64,000 nucleotides of DNA from Candidatus Saccharimonadia bacterium (GTDB taxonomy: Bacteria > Patescibacteriota > Saccharimonadia > UBA4664), in contig JBGTMQ010000019.1 of assembly GCA_041743505.1 (NCBI GenBank), forward strand, positions 6,147-70,146. Direction: 5' to 3'. Positions within the stretch are counted from its first letter, which is position 1, and each line of letters opens with the position of its first letter. Positions 36,929-47,283 of this stretch are shown piece after piece. The position numbers were made by a program, and so were the translations under genes. The notes below the pieces were generated by a model, which saw only the letters and a list, made by a program, of their open reading frames with translations, searched no databases and was not told where the DNA came from.

Positions 36929-38518
36929 ATGGTAAACCAGGCCAAGCGGATTCTCGGGCGGGCCACAGCGGCTCAGACAGTCGGCGCCGCCGCCATGCTT
37001 ATCTCGGTAGCCTACCTGGTCTCTCGTCTGCTTGGCCTGCTACGTGACCGGCTGCTGGCCGGCCACTTTGGCAAAGGCCCTCTGCTCGACGCCTACTACG
37101 CCGCTTTCCGCTTGCCCGAGCTGTTATTCGCCTTGCTCGTAACTGGCGCCTTTGCAGTCGCCTTCATCCCGGTGCTCACCGGTTATCTCGAAAAGAAACA
37201 GCAGGACGAGGCTTGGCGGGTGACTGCCAGTCTGTTCAATATTTTGGTGCTCGCGACGATAGTCGGCAGCGTTATTATTGCTATCTTTGCCGGTCCGCTG
37301 ACCAAGCTGCTAGTGCCCGGCTTTGATCCTGAGCAACAGCGTCTTACCGTCGAGCTGACGCGTATTATGCTCATCGCTCCGGTCTTTTTTGCTATTTCCA
37401 GTGTGCTCGGCAGCGTGCAGCAGGCCTTTAACCGCTTCCTTATCTTTGCCTTGGCCGGAGTGTTCTACAATCTGGGTATCATTGCCGGCATCATCTGGCT
37501 CGCGCCTGAGTATTCGGTTTACGGAGTTGCCTGGGGAGTCATCATCGGTGTTGTGTTGCAGGCGCTTCTGCAATGGCTTGGCCTCTACGGACTCGGCTTT
37601 CGCTACCGTCCGGAAATCAACTTTCGTTTACAAGGTGTCAGGCAGACGCTCAAGCTGATGGCGCCACGAGGCATCAACCAGGGCGCCGAGCAGGTCAACT
37701 ACATAGTTGAGATTGTCATTGCTTCTTTACTCAGTAAGGGCTCCATTACCGCCTTTACACTGGCCAATAACCTCAAAAACGTCCCCTTAGTGCTAATTGC
37801 CGGGTCTATCACTACGGCGGCTTTCCCGCTCCTTGCCTCGCGAGCCGCCAAAGGAGCCCGGACCGAGCTAATTGAAGGTTATGTGCAAACCGCTCGTCTT
37901 ATTCTATTCCTGGCCGTCCCGGCCGCTATTTTTATGGTGGTGACCCGCGGTTACCTAGTGCGGCTCTTGTATGGCTTTGGTGACGTTGACACTGCTAACA
38001 CGCTCGGCTGGTTTGCTGGCACCGTGGTATTCACCGGCCTGTTTCTATTGGTGTCGCGGGTATTTTTTGCCATGCAAGATACCCGGACGCCGCTGTATCT
38101 AAGCTTGGCCAGCATCCCGCTCAATATTGCATTGAGCTACTTCCTATCCCAAAACTTCGGTGTATCCGGATTATCCATGGCCGCCAGTATTGTAGCCTTC
38201 TTAGAAATGATTGTGTTGATGTGGCTACTAAGGCGCCGCCAGGGTGACTTCGGAGAGAAAACCATCTGGCAAGGCGCCTGGCGTATGGGACTGGCCGGCG
38301 TCTTTATGGGTGGCATTATCTACCTGACCGTCAGCCGCCTCCTGCCGCTCTACGCCGACGACCGCGGATTCATGACCTTGGCGCCCAAGTTCCTGCTTCT
38401 GCTCATCATCGGGGCCGCCGCCTACCTGGCCCCATGTTACCTCCTCAAACTCAAAGAAGCCCATAACTTCGTCAGTCGGGTCAAAGACATCATGGTCCGC
38501 TCACTTAATTTGACTTAG
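36929..38518 (+). CDS. murJ: Lipid II flippase MurJ (MviN)
   Basis: 529 aa, about 14 TM helices, and MurJ-like N-terminal region (LLGLLRDRLLAGHFG). Confidence 0.8.
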   Translation: MVNQAKRILGRATAAQTVGAAAMLISVAYLVSRLLGLLRDRLLAGHFGKGPLLDAYYAAFRLPELLFALLVTGAFAVAFIPVLTGYLEKKQQDEAWRVTASLFNILVLATIVGSVIIAIFAGPLTKLLVPGFDPEQQRLTVELTRIMLIAPVFFAISSVLGSVQQAFNRFLIFALAGVFYNLGIIAGIIWLAPEYSVYGVAWGVIIGVVLQALLQWLGLYGLGFRYRPEINFRLQGVRQTLKLMAPRGINQGAEQVNYIVEIVIASLLSKGSITAFTLANNLKNVPLVLIAGSITTAAFPLLASRAAKGARTELIEGYVQTARLILFLAVPAAIFMVVTRGYLVRLLYGFGDVDTANTLGWFAGTVVFTGLFLLVSRVFFAMQDTRTPLYLSLASIPLNIALSYFLSQNFGVSGLSMAASIVAFLEMIVLMWLLRRRQGDFGEKTIWQGAWRMGLAGVFMGGIIYLTVSRLLPLYADDRGFMTLAPKFLLLLIIGAAAYLAPCYLLKLKEAHNFVSRVKDIMVRSLNLT

Positions 38519-38571
38519 GATACCCATGTACCAGCGACTTCAACCCGGCATTATCGGGTACAATATGACTT

Positions 38572-39843
38572 ATGATTCAAAAGCTTAAACGTTGGCTTTT
38601 TTTCCCGGCAGCGACATACTTTAGATTTTGGGCCGCCATCCGGCTAAAACGCTGGCATCCCCGGATCATTCTCATTACCGGCTCAAGCGGCAAGACCACG
38701 CTGCTTCATTTACTAGAAACTCAGATCGGTGCCAGGGCCCATTATTCTCACCATGCCAACAGCGCCTTTGGCATCCCTTTTGATATTCTAGGCTTTCCCG
38801 CCCGCACCAACCGGACCTCGGAATGGCTGAGACTTATCTTATTCGCGCCCTTCCAGGCGTTCAAGCAGCCGTTTGATCAGCCTTTTTATGTTGTCGAAGC
38901 CGATTCCGACCGGCCGGGCGAAGCCAGGTTCTTAACCCGGTTATTGCAGCCAGAAATCACTATTTGGTTAAGCAGCGACAAAAGTCACAGCGGTAATTTT
39001 GACTCACAGGTACAAGGCGGCCAATTTAACGCCGTGGAGGAAGCCATAGCCCAAGAATTTGGTCACTTTCTAGTCGCCACCTCCCGGCTGGTAATTGTAA
39101 ATGGCGATTCCCAGCTCATTGCTAGTCAGCTCAAACGAACGTCCGCCACTATTGAAAAGATTATCGCCCATCAAATCAGCGGCTATCGGCTCGGTGCCGA
39201 CTCCACTACATTTACCATCCATAAGCAGTCAATCCAGCTGCCGGTTTTACTGCCCGAAGCAGCCGGTCGCTCAGTCGCGGCTGTTCTCGCCGTCTGTAAA
39301 TACTTGGATATGCCAGTAAATCCATCTTTTGAGGGACTATCACTGCCGCCGGGTCGCAGCTCGGTTTTTAAAGGTATCAAAAACACCACCATTATTGACA
39401 GCACCTATAACGCTATTCCGGATGCTGTTCGGGCCATCCTCGGTCTCTTTGAGCACTACCCCGGCTCACACAAATGGGTCGTTGTCGGTGATATGGTGGA
39501 ACAAGGCCAATCCGAAGCCTCGGAACACGGTCGGCTCGCCGAAGACATCGCCAAACTAAACCTGGATCACATTATCCTGATGGGCCCGCGGGTAGCCCGC
39601 TACACCGCACCCAAGCTCAAAGCGTTAATCGGTCAAACGACCCCCCTCCAGGTCTTTACTGAACCCAAACCAGCTCTTGACTACCTATCCACCCATCTCC
39701 AAGGGGGAGAAGTGGTTTTGTTTAAAGGTGCCCGCTTTTTAGAAGGTGTCATAGAGCACCTTCTGGCCGATCCCGCCGACGCGGCAAGATTGTGCCGCCG
39801 GGAACCAGTCTGGCAACAACGGCGCCGAAGGTGGGGACTATGA
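38572..39843 (+). CDS. Mur ligase family protein (MurF-like/tripeptide ligase-like)
   Basis: Mur ligase P-loop ITGSSGKTT, plus central and C-terminal Mur ligase-like regions. Confidence 0.55.
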   Translation: MIQKLKRWLFFPAATYFRFWAAIRLKRWHPRIILITGSSGKTTLLHLLETQIGARAHYSHHANSAFGIPFDILGFPARTNRTSEWLRLILFAPFQAFKQPFDQPFYVVEADSDRPGEARFLTRLLQPEITIWLSSDKSHSGNFDSQVQGGQFNAVEEAIAQEFGHFLVATSRLVIVNGDSQLIASQLKRTSATIEKIIAHQISGYRLGADSTTFTIHKQSIQLPVLLPEAAGRSVAAVLAVCKYLDMPVNPSFEGLSLPPGRSSVFKGIKNTTIIDSTYNAIPDAVRAILGLFEHYPGSHKWVVVGDMVEQGQSEASEHGRLAEDIAKLNLDHIILMGPRVARYTAPKLKALIGQTTPLQVFTEPKPALDYLSTHLQGGEVVLFKGARFLEGVIEHLLADPADAARLCRREPVWQQRRRRWGL

Positions 39844-40529
39844 CACGGGTCTACATTCTTCATGGGTGGACGTATTCCACGGACAAGTGGCAGCCCCTCA
39901 TCGCCTGGCTGCGCCAACACGGCATTGAACCAGTTATGTTAAACGTCCCTGGACTTACCTCGCCGAGCACTAAGGTTTGGGACATCAAAGACTATGTCGC
40001 CTGGCTTAATAACTCTACCCAGCATGAGACCGGTCCTTTCATTCTCATCGGCCACTCCAATGGCGGGCGCATCGCCTTAAATTTCGCCATTCAATACCCC
40101 CGCCGCTTGCATCGTCTAATTCTCATCGATAGTGCCGGTATTTATCACGACGAGCCGTCGGTCCGGTTAAAGCGGTTCGTATTTGGCCTGTTGGCTAAGA
40201 TTGGTAAAAAGTTCACTCGATCACGTCATCTTCGTACGCTGCTGTACAAAGTGGCCCGGGCAGAGGACTACCGCCAAGCACCGCCTAACATGCGCCAAAC
40301 CATGGCCAACCTTCAGGCCTCCGACCAGCACCTCAGACTCGCGTCCATCCGCACGCCCACTACCATTATCTGGGGCGGCCAAGACAAAATGACTCCATTA
40401 TCTGATGGTCAAGCTATGGCCCGTCATCTCAAAACCGATCAGCTGCTTATTATTTCTGAAGCCCGACACTCGCCATTTTTTACACATCCAGCTGAAACCG
40501 GTCGCATCATTCGGGAAACCTTGCAATGA
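39840..40529 (+). CDS. Alpha/beta hydrolase
   Basis: HGW motif and GHSNGG nucleophile elbow. 4-nt overlap with the upstream gene. Confidence 0.65.
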   Translation: MTRVYILHGWTYSTDKWQPLIAWLRQHGIEPVMLNVPGLTSPSTKVWDIKDYVAWLNNSTQHETGPFILIGHSNGGRIALNFAIQYPRRLHRLILIDSAGIYHDEPSVRLKRFVFGLLAKIGKKFTRSRHLRTLLYKVARAEDYRQAPPNMRQTMANLQASDQHLRLASIRTPTTIIWGGQDKMTPLSDGQAMARHLKTDQLLIISEARHSPFFTHPAETGRIIRETLQ

Positions 40530-41722
40530 GCCTTTTTAATTCGCTTGGCTCAAACTATACCTCTCGTATCGCCATTCGTTCGCTGTTTTCTTCGGGCCGC
40601 CTTGAGCCTAACATCAAGCTCGTCGACCTTATGGAGCAGCGCTATGGTGGACCGGCCCACCTAACCTATAAAGGCCGGGAGGCGCTTGCCATGGCCTTGG
40701 CAGCTGCCAATTTAGCCCCGGGGTCGGCCGTGGCTATAACCGGGTTCACCTGCTACGCCGTCTATAGGGCCGTGGTCAGTACCAAACTTGATGTCCATTA
40801 TCTGGACATTGATCCTGGAACTCTCAATTTTTCGCCCCGTACCCTGACCGGAGCCATCACCGCAAACCCTCAGATCAAGGCTGTAATTGTGCAAAACACC
40901 TTAGGCTACCCGTGTGATATCGCCGCCATAGAGCAGATCTGCCAAGCCCACAAGCTAATTCTCATCGAGGATCTCGCCCACAGTGTCGGTGCTACCTATC
41001 CTGACGGTCGGGAAGTTGGCACCGTAGGCGATTTCACTATGCTCTCGTTCGGTCGCGACAAGATCATCGACGCTGTATCCGGCGGCGCCTTAATAACTCG
41101 CCGTCCCCGCTATCGCAACTTTCAACCCCGCCCGCTACTTCCGGTACCAGCCGGTCCGAAGCTTCGAGACCGCCTCTACCCGGCTCTCACGGCCGCAATC
41201 AGGGCCACTTATGCAGCCGGACTTGGCAAGCCATTGCATTTGATATTCAAAAAAATCGGCCTGTTGTCCCGGTCCGTTGACGGCGAATTTTATGGTGGCC
41301 ATAAACTGCCATACTGGTACACCGACCTGGCTTTTGAGCGCTACCAAACTTTAGACAGTCTCTTGGCTCATCGCCGCCGAACAGCCAGTCTCTACGCTCG
41401 CCATCTTGACCCATCAATCCAGTTTGGCAGTCTCCAGGACCATATCCCCAACGCCACCAACCTTAGGTTTCCCATTCGGGTCAAAAATCGTGCTGGGCTC
41501 ATCCAGCACCTCGCCGGCCGTCGCATTTACCTCTCCGACACCTGGTACGATGCCCCTGTAGCACCTCCCAGGTACCTTCACCTCACGAGCTATAATCACC
41601 ACTGCCCCCAGGCCGAAGTAGTCGCCGCCCACATCCTCAATCTCCCCACCCACCTTGCCGTCTCCGAACATGATGCAATTAAACTGAGCGAGCATATCAA
41701 CCAATGGCTTCAATCACACTAA
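40526..41722 (+). CDS. DegT/DnrJ/EryC1/StrS-family PLP-dependent aminotransferase
   Basis: Fold-type I aminotransferase pattern with a PLP-lysine region (SFGRDKII). Confidence 0.65.
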   Translation: MSLFNSLGSNYTSRIAIRSLFSSGRLEPNIKLVDLMEQRYGGPAHLTYKGREALAMALAAANLAPGSAVAITGFTCYAVYRAVVSTKLDVHYLDIDPGTLNFSPRTLTGAITANPQIKAVIVQNTLGYPCDIAAIEQICQAHKLILIEDLAHSVGATYPDGREVGTVGDFTMLSFGRDKIIDAVSGGALITRRPRYRNFQPRPLLPVPAGPKLRDRLYPALTAAIRATYAAGLGKPLHLIFKKIGLLSRSVDGEFYGGHKLPYWYTDLAFERYQTLDSLLAHRRRTASLYARHLDPSIQFGSLQDHIPNATNLRFPIRVKNRAGLIQHLAGRRIYLSDTWYDAPVAPPRYLHLTSYNHHCPQAEVVAAHILNLPTHLAVSEHDAIKLSEHINQWLQSH

Positions 41723-42729
41723 AATCTATCGACACCCAGGCAGATTGGGACACCTTCCTCGCGTCTCATCCAGAGTCCAACTTCTTGCAATCCTGGCAAT
41801 GGGGCCAGTTCCACGCTGCCCTCAAAAAACCAGTCTATCGGCAAGGGTTTTATCAGGCTGATCGCCTGGTTGGAGTCATGCTATCGGTAGTTGAGCCGGC
41901 CCGTCGTGGTCGCTACCTAACAGTCCCGGGCGGACCAATTATCAATTGGCACGATAAAGCTGTCGTCACCGCCTTTGTCAAAGCGGTTTCAAGCCAAGCC
42001 CGTATCGAAAAATGTGTCTTCGTTCGGGTCCGGCCCCAGCTACTGTCAGACGATTTCTCGCGTCAGCTCTTCGCAGGTCTAGGCTTCCGCAGCGCCCCCA
42101 TTCATATGCATGCCGAGCTTACCCATCAGCTCGATATCACGCGGCCCGAAGACGAACTACTAGCCGGCTTGCGCAAAGGCACCCGCTATGAGCTCAAGAA
42201 AGCCGGCAAGGAGGGAATCGTCGTCACAACTTCGTCCGACCCCGCCGATATCCCCGCCTTCTACGATATCCAAATAGACACCTCTAAGCGCCAGGGCTTT
42301 GTACCATTCTCGCTCAGTTTCCTTCTGACGCAATTCAAAACCCTGGCCGCCGCCGACCAAGCCTTGCTCTTCACGGCTTCACTCGACGGACAACTCCTGG
42401 CGCAGGCTTTCATAATTATGCAAGGCCAAGAGGCTGTCTATCACTATGGCGCCAGCACCGACGCCGGCCGTAAGCATCCCGGCGCCTATCTTATTCAATG
42501 GGAGGCCATTAAAGAGGCCAAACGTCGTGGCCTCACCAGATATAACTTTTGGGGCGTCGCTCCTCCCGACAAACCTCAGCATGGTTTTGCCGGCGTCTCC
42601 ATTTTTAAGCGTGGGTTTGGCGGGGGAGACATTCAGTACTTGCACGCTCATGACCTCGTTATCAACCGCCCACATTATCTTTTTAATCTCCTCATCGAGG
42701 AGACCCGCCGCCGTATCAGGCGCGTTTAA
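41704..42729 (+). CDS. FemAB-family peptidoglycan bridge peptidyltransferase
   Basis: N-terminal region (ESNFLQSWQWGQFHAALKK) and C-terminal region (FWGVAPPDKPQHGFAGVSIFKRGFGG) typical of FemX/FemAB. Confidence 0.7.
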   Translation: MASITLKSIDTQADWDTFLASHPESNFLQSWQWGQFHAALKKPVYRQGFYQADRLVGVMLSVVEPARRGRYLTVPGGPIINWHDKAVVTAFVKAVSSQARIEKCVFVRVRPQLLSDDFSRQLFAGLGFRSAPIHMHAELTHQLDITRPEDELLAGLRKGTRYELKKAGKEGIVVTTSSDPADIPAFYDIQIDTSKRQGFVPFSLSFLLTQFKTLAAADQALLFTASLDGQLLAQAFIIMQGQEAVYHYGASTDAGRKHPGAYLIQWEAIKEAKRRGLTRYNFWGVAPPDKPQHGFAGVSIFKRGFGGGDIQYLHAHDLVINRPHYLFNLLIEETRRRIRRV

Positions 42730-42847
42730 CACAGCACACCTTCCGCATCCAGTAGCAAAAATCACAACCACTAGTAAATCCCGGACCTCGTATTCGAGGT
42801 CCGGGATTTCACGTTTCTATATTTGTCTACCTAGACTCAGTGCGAAA

Positions 42848-44140
42848 CTAGCGCAGTGGGTTCGTTGCCCACGGTGCTCCTGGCAAAGTAGTCGCTCCAG
42901 GCGAGGCTCCGTGTAGGTCTTCTGTTGTGCTGTTGGTGCCCGTACCGCAGAATACATGGTCAAGCAACTGCCCGGTCGCAATGCCGCTGTCGTTAGCGTA
43001 CTGGGCGTCGGTAAACGTTGTCGTAGACAGTGCCACAACCACGCTGCGCTTTGCGTCGGGCGAGGCCAGGACGTACGTTCCGTAGCCAACTACGCCGCCC
43101 GTGTGCCCCCAGAACTCTGCATTACAGCTTGTTCCCACAGTCTGGTGCAACAAGCCAAGCCCGTATCCTGCGCCCGGTACTATCTCAACGGTCTTTTTCA
43201 TTTCTGCCAACATTGCCGGCTTCAATACCTTGCCCGAAAGCAACGCCGTTATAAAACGGTTTTCGTCCTTGGTCGTGGTAATTAGCTCTCCGGCTGCATC
43301 ACCCCAGCTCATGTCGTGCTGTGTGGTGTCGGTGTACTCACGCTCAACCGGCTCTGTGGTCGGGTCGTCAGTGGTAAAGATGTGGTACCCATTCATGCGA
43401 GGCCAAGCGATCGTCGGGTCATGTCCCGGCGCCCTTGTCCCTGTAAGGCCGAGCGGCACAATAATGCGCTTCTTCACCTCTTTGTCCCAGCTATTACCGG
43501 TCACGGCTTTAATGACCTTACCGATTATCACGTAGCCGGTATTCGAATAACTCCAACCCGCACCGGGCTCAAACGTCGGCGGATGTGACAAGGCAATATC
43601 AATCAGATCATCCGGGGTATAGCGATGGTAGCGGTTAGCCATAAAGTCTTCTCGCGTCGAGAGAGTGGCAGAGAACTCCGGATCCGATGTGTAATCAAAG
43701 ACGCCGCTCGTGTGCTGCAGCAATTGGCGGATGGTAATCTTGTTTCCATCGTAGCCGTTGCCCTGTATCTCGCCTGGCAGCCACTTTTCGACCGAATCTT
43801 CCAGCTTTAGCTTGCCTTCACCTACGAGCTGCAATACGGTCGCCGCCACAATAGTCTTGGTGTTGCTGCCAGTCCTAAACTGCGCGTCAAATGGCACCGG
43901 CTGTCCGCTATCTAACTTGGCTTCACCAGCCCTGGCCTTAACCGATTGGCCATCCTTAATCACATGAGCCAAAACCCCAGCGGTGCCGGCAGCATGTATG
44001 GCATCAACATCCAGCTGCAACTGACCCGACGCCGATACCGGCACCGCGGCCAAAGTCGTTCCCAACAATAAAGCCGGCACCGTGGCCATAATAACCAGGG
44101 TTCGGCTGCAGATTTTTAATAGTCTTCCCTTTAAACTCAT
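42848..44140 (-). CDS. Secreted class-C beta-lactamase-like serine hydrolase (S12 family)
   Basis: Signal peptide, SxxK motif (FRTGSNTKT), and YSN-like motif (WSYSNTGY). RBS AGGAGGaagtgtATG. Confidence 0.75.
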   Translation of the reverse strand: MSLKGRLLKICSRTLVIMATVPALLLGTTLAAVPVSASGQLQLDVDAIHAAGTAGVLAHVIKDGQSVKARAGEAKLDSGQPVPFDAQFRTGSNTKTIVAATVLQLVGEGKLKLEDSVEKWLPGEIQGNGYDGNKITIRQLLQHTSGVFDYTSDPEFSATLSTREDFMANRYHRYTPDDLIDIALSHPPTFEPGAGWSYSNTGYVIIGKVIKAVTGNSWDKEVKKRIIVPLGLTGTRAPGHDPTIAWPRMNGYHIFTTDDPTTEPVEREYTDTTQHDMSWGDAAGELITTTKDENRFITALLSGKVLKPAMLAEMKKTVEIVPGAGYGLGLLHQTVGTSCNAEFWGHTGGVVGYGTYVLASPDAKRSVVVALSTTTFTDAQYANDSGIATGQLLDHVFCGTGTNSTTEDLHGASPGATTLPGAPWATNPLR

Positions 44141-44300
44141 ACACTTCCTCCTAAATAACTTAGTCTTTATACTTCAGGGGTCAAAAGCTTGTCATGTCTG
44201 TTATTCCAAAGGATCACCCTCCCACCTTTTGACCTGTTGACTACTAGAACTCATTAAACTCGCTGACCGGAAGAGATACTTCTGGTATAATAACGCCACT

Positions 44301-44575
44301 ATGTCAAAGTTACCGGCTGAATCTGAAATTATTGAACACAAGGAAAGTCTTGCGGAGAAGAACGATGCTGGGGCGGATCTTTGCGCTTTTGCCAACAAAC
44401 GCGGCGGTACATTGTATTTCGGGGTGACCAAATTTATGTTCTTTTACGCGAATTAAAGCGCGAGGGGCTCATCATTCTCGATGGCCGGCCAACATCCATT
44501 TATAGCTCTTGGCATCTTACCGATAAAGGACGAACACAGATCAGCGACATAAAAATCGAAGTTAGTCGAAGTTAG
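44301..44575 (+). pseudogene. Degraded AlbA_2/HTH (Schlafen-like ATP-binding regulator) gene fragments
   Basis: Frame 1 encodes an AlbA_2-like N-terminus (ESLAEKNDAGADLCAFANKRGGTLYFGV) then stops. A second frame encodes a wHTH-like C-terminus (VLLRELKREGLIILDGRPTS). The central roughly 300 aa are missing. Confidence 0.5.
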
Positions 44576-44605
44576 TCGAAGAGTTAATCGAAGTTCCCAT
44601 TAATT

Positions 44606-46570
44606 ATGAACCAATCTCAGACCCGAAATTTTTGCATCATCGCCCACATCGACCACGGCAAGTCCACGCTGGCCGACCGCATGCTCGAGCTCACCGGCAC
44701 CGTCCAGCGGCGCGACATGCAGGCCCAATTGCTCGACTCCATGGACCTTGAGCGCGAAAAAGGCATCACCATCAAGCTCCAGCCCGTTCGCATGTCCTGG
44801 CAGCTTCATGGTGCACCGGAGCAAGGAAGTGATAGCTATAGCACTACGGGTCGTGCGCAGCCAGATATGATCGCGCCCGCCGGTGCAGGTACAGCGAAGG
44901 TACTGCATGAAGAAACGTCCCACGTTCGCCGGCCAGCGATCGTATCTGGTGGAGCGAACCCAGATGAATCTCAAACCTACACCCTCAACCTCATCGACAC
45001 ACCCGGCCACGTCGATTTCAGCTACGAGGTCTCCCGCAGCCTCGCCGCCTGCGAAGGCGCTGTACTCGTCGTCGATGCCAGCCAGGGTATCCAGGCCCAA
45101 ACCCTGGCCAACGTCTACCTCGCCATTGAGGCCGGCCTCGAGATCATCCCCGTCCTCAACAAAATCGACTTGCCCGCCGCCGATCCCGAGCGCGTCGCAG
45201 CCGAAGTCTCCAGCCTCCTCGGCTGCGATCCAGACACTATCCTGCGGGTATCGGGCAAAACAGGGGACGGCGTCACCGAATTGCTCGATGCCATCGTGGT
45301 ACAAATCCCGGCGCCCAAAGGTGACCCTGAAGCCCCGCTTCGGGGCCTCATCTTCGACTCCATCTACGACGAATACCGCGGCGTCATCCTATTTGTCCGC
45401 ATTGTGGACGGCGCACTGCACAAAAACGACGCCATTACGCTCATGGCCACCGACGCAACCGGCTTAGCCATCGAAACCGGCATCTTCAAGCCCGCCCAAA
45501 CCCCCGAGCCCGAGCTGGCCACCGGCCAAATCGGCTACGTCGTCACCAACCTCAAATCCATTGCCGATGCCCAGGTAGGGGACACGCTCACCACGGCCAC
45601 AGCCGCCAAAGACACCACGCTTGCGGCCCTGCCCGGTTACCGTCAAGTCAAGCCCTTTGTCTTCGCCGGCTTTTTCCCCAGCTCCGGCGAGCAATACCCC
45701 GACCTCAAGGATGCTCTCGAAAAACTCAAACTCAACGACGCCGCCCTCCTCTACGAACCCGAATCCAGCCAAGTGCTCGGTTTTGGCTACCGCGTCGGCT
45801 TCCTCGGCCTGCTACATCTAGATATCATCAAAGAACGCCTCGAGCGCGAATATGGCCTCGACATGGTCGTTACCAGCCCCAGTACCGACTACATCGTAGT
45901 CACCACCACCGGCCAACAATCCACTATCCGTAGCGCCGCCGAGTTACCCGATCCATCCTACATCGAGCAAATCCGCGAACCCTGGATCCGCGGCGAAATC
46001 GTGGTGCCCAAAGATTACGTTGGCGGCGTTATCCAGCTCATCAACCGGATCCGCGGCCTCCAAAAAAACCTCAGCTTTCTCGATGAAACCCTGGCCCTCA
46101 TCACCTTCGAAGCCCCTCTCGCCAACGTCCTAACCGACTTCTACGACTCCCTCAAATCCATCACCTCCGGCTATGGCAGCTTCAACTACGAACTCGACGA
46201 TTACCGCGCCGAAAAACTCGTCCGCCTCGACATCCTGGTCGGTGGCGGGCTCATCGACTCATTATCAGCCATCACCCACCGGGACGAAGCCTACCGCGTC
46301 GGCAAGGAAGTTGTAGAAAAACTCAAAGAAGTTATCCCCAAACAATCCTTCGAAGTCAGCCTTCAGGCAGCCATCGGTGGCAAAATCATCGCCCGGGAAG
46401 ACATCAAAGCCATGCGCAAGGATGTTATCGCCAAACTCTACGGCGGCGATGTCACCCGCAAAAACAAGCTCCTGGACAAGCAAAAGAAGGGCAAAAAGAA
46501 AATGAAGCGTATCGGCAAAGTCGACATCCCGGCCGAGGCGTTTATGGTGCTCGTCCGCAAAGACGGCTAA
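44606..46570 (+). CDS. lepA: Elongation factor 4 (LepA) with lineage-specific insertion in the G domain
   Basis: G1 motif AHIDHGKST, DTPGHVDF, and the LepA C-terminal domain. 654 aa versus about 600 aa typical. Confidence 0.95.
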   Translation: MNQSQTRNFCIIAHIDHGKSTLADRMLELTGTVQRRDMQAQLLDSMDLEREKGITIKLQPVRMSWQLHGAPEQGSDSYSTTGRAQPDMIAPAGAGTAKVLHEETSHVRRPAIVSGGANPDESQTYTLNLIDTPGHVDFSYEVSRSLAACEGAVLVVDASQGIQAQTLANVYLAIEAGLEIIPVLNKIDLPAADPERVAAEVSSLLGCDPDTILRVSGKTGDGVTELLDAIVVQIPAPKGDPEAPLRGLIFDSIYDEYRGVILFVRIVDGALHKNDAITLMATDATGLAIETGIFKPAQTPEPELATGQIGYVVTNLKSIADAQVGDTLTTATAAKDTTLAALPGYRQVKPFVFAGFFPSSGEQYPDLKDALEKLKLNDAALLYEPESSQVLGFGYRVGFLGLLHLDIIKERLEREYGLDMVVTSPSTDYIVVTTTGQQSTIRSAAELPDPSYIEQIREPWIRGEIVVPKDYVGGVIQLINRIRGLQKNLSFLDETLALITFEAPLANVLTDFYDSLKSITSGYGSFNYELDDYRAEKLVRLDILVGGGLIDSLSAITHRDEAYRVGKEVVEKLKEVIPKQSFEVSLQAAIGGKIIAREDIKAMRKDVIAKLYGGDVTRKNKLLDKQKKGKKKMKRIGKVDIPAEAFMVLVRKDG

Positions 46571-46669
46571 CTAATCAATTGGCCTATCCGTAACTATTAA
46601 AAGTAGTGAAGAGGTTACTTACTCTAAAAAAACTAGCCCGGCAACATTACGCCGCCGGGCCATTTGTGT

Positions 46670-47149
46670 TCAGAGCTTCCCATGCTCCCTCAGGTGTGCA
46701 ACATACAAAACGGCATCAGGCTCACCAAGCTCAGCTGCCCGCAGCCACCACCGGACAGCACCGGCCTCATCATCCAAGAGCTCGTAAATCTCGGCCAAGC
46801 GGCGGGTGCTCCAAGCGTCACCGGTCATCGCCTCATCCAGAAGCACCTCCCGGTAAGCTTCGACTTGTGTCCGGTCTTGAAAATCCAGGCCTGCTTCCCG
46901 TTGCCGCCTCAGACCGGCCGGCGGAATAATGGTCATAACCTCTGCGCCGATTTTAACAACCAACCCCTCATGCAGAAGTTCCCGGCGTTCCTGGATCGTC
47001 AGATCTTCCACGGCCTTGCCCTTTTTGACTGCGAACCGCTGGTCAACCAACCTAAATATCTCTCGTAAGGGCCGCAAAAAAACTTCATCATCCTCTGCAA
47101 AAACCGGCTCTCCTACCTGAGCGCCATCGCTAGTGCCAGATTGGTTCAT
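46670..47149 (-). CDS. Hypothetical protein with C-terminal Sel1/TPR-like repeat
   Basis: RBS GGAGGAtagtcATG. C-terminal LAEIYELLDDEAGAVRWWLRAAELGEPDA. Confidence 0.45.
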   Translation of the reverse strand: MNQSGTSDGAQVGEPVFAEDDEVFLRPLREIFRLVDQRFAVKKGKAVEDLTIQERRELLHEGLVVKIGAEVMTIIPPAGLRRQREAGLDFQDRTQVEAYREVLLDEAMTGDAWSTRRLAEIYELLDDEAGAVRWWLRAAELGEPDAVLYVAHLREHGKL

Positions 47150-47283
47150 GACTATCCTCCGAATCCGCTCCAGTGAGCATCAGCGGACCAAACAATACCA
47201 GAAAACTAAATCTCTGACTAGCAAAAGCCGAGCAAACCTCCGGCATAAATGATATAACTGTGGTAGGAATAAAATAGAGACTT

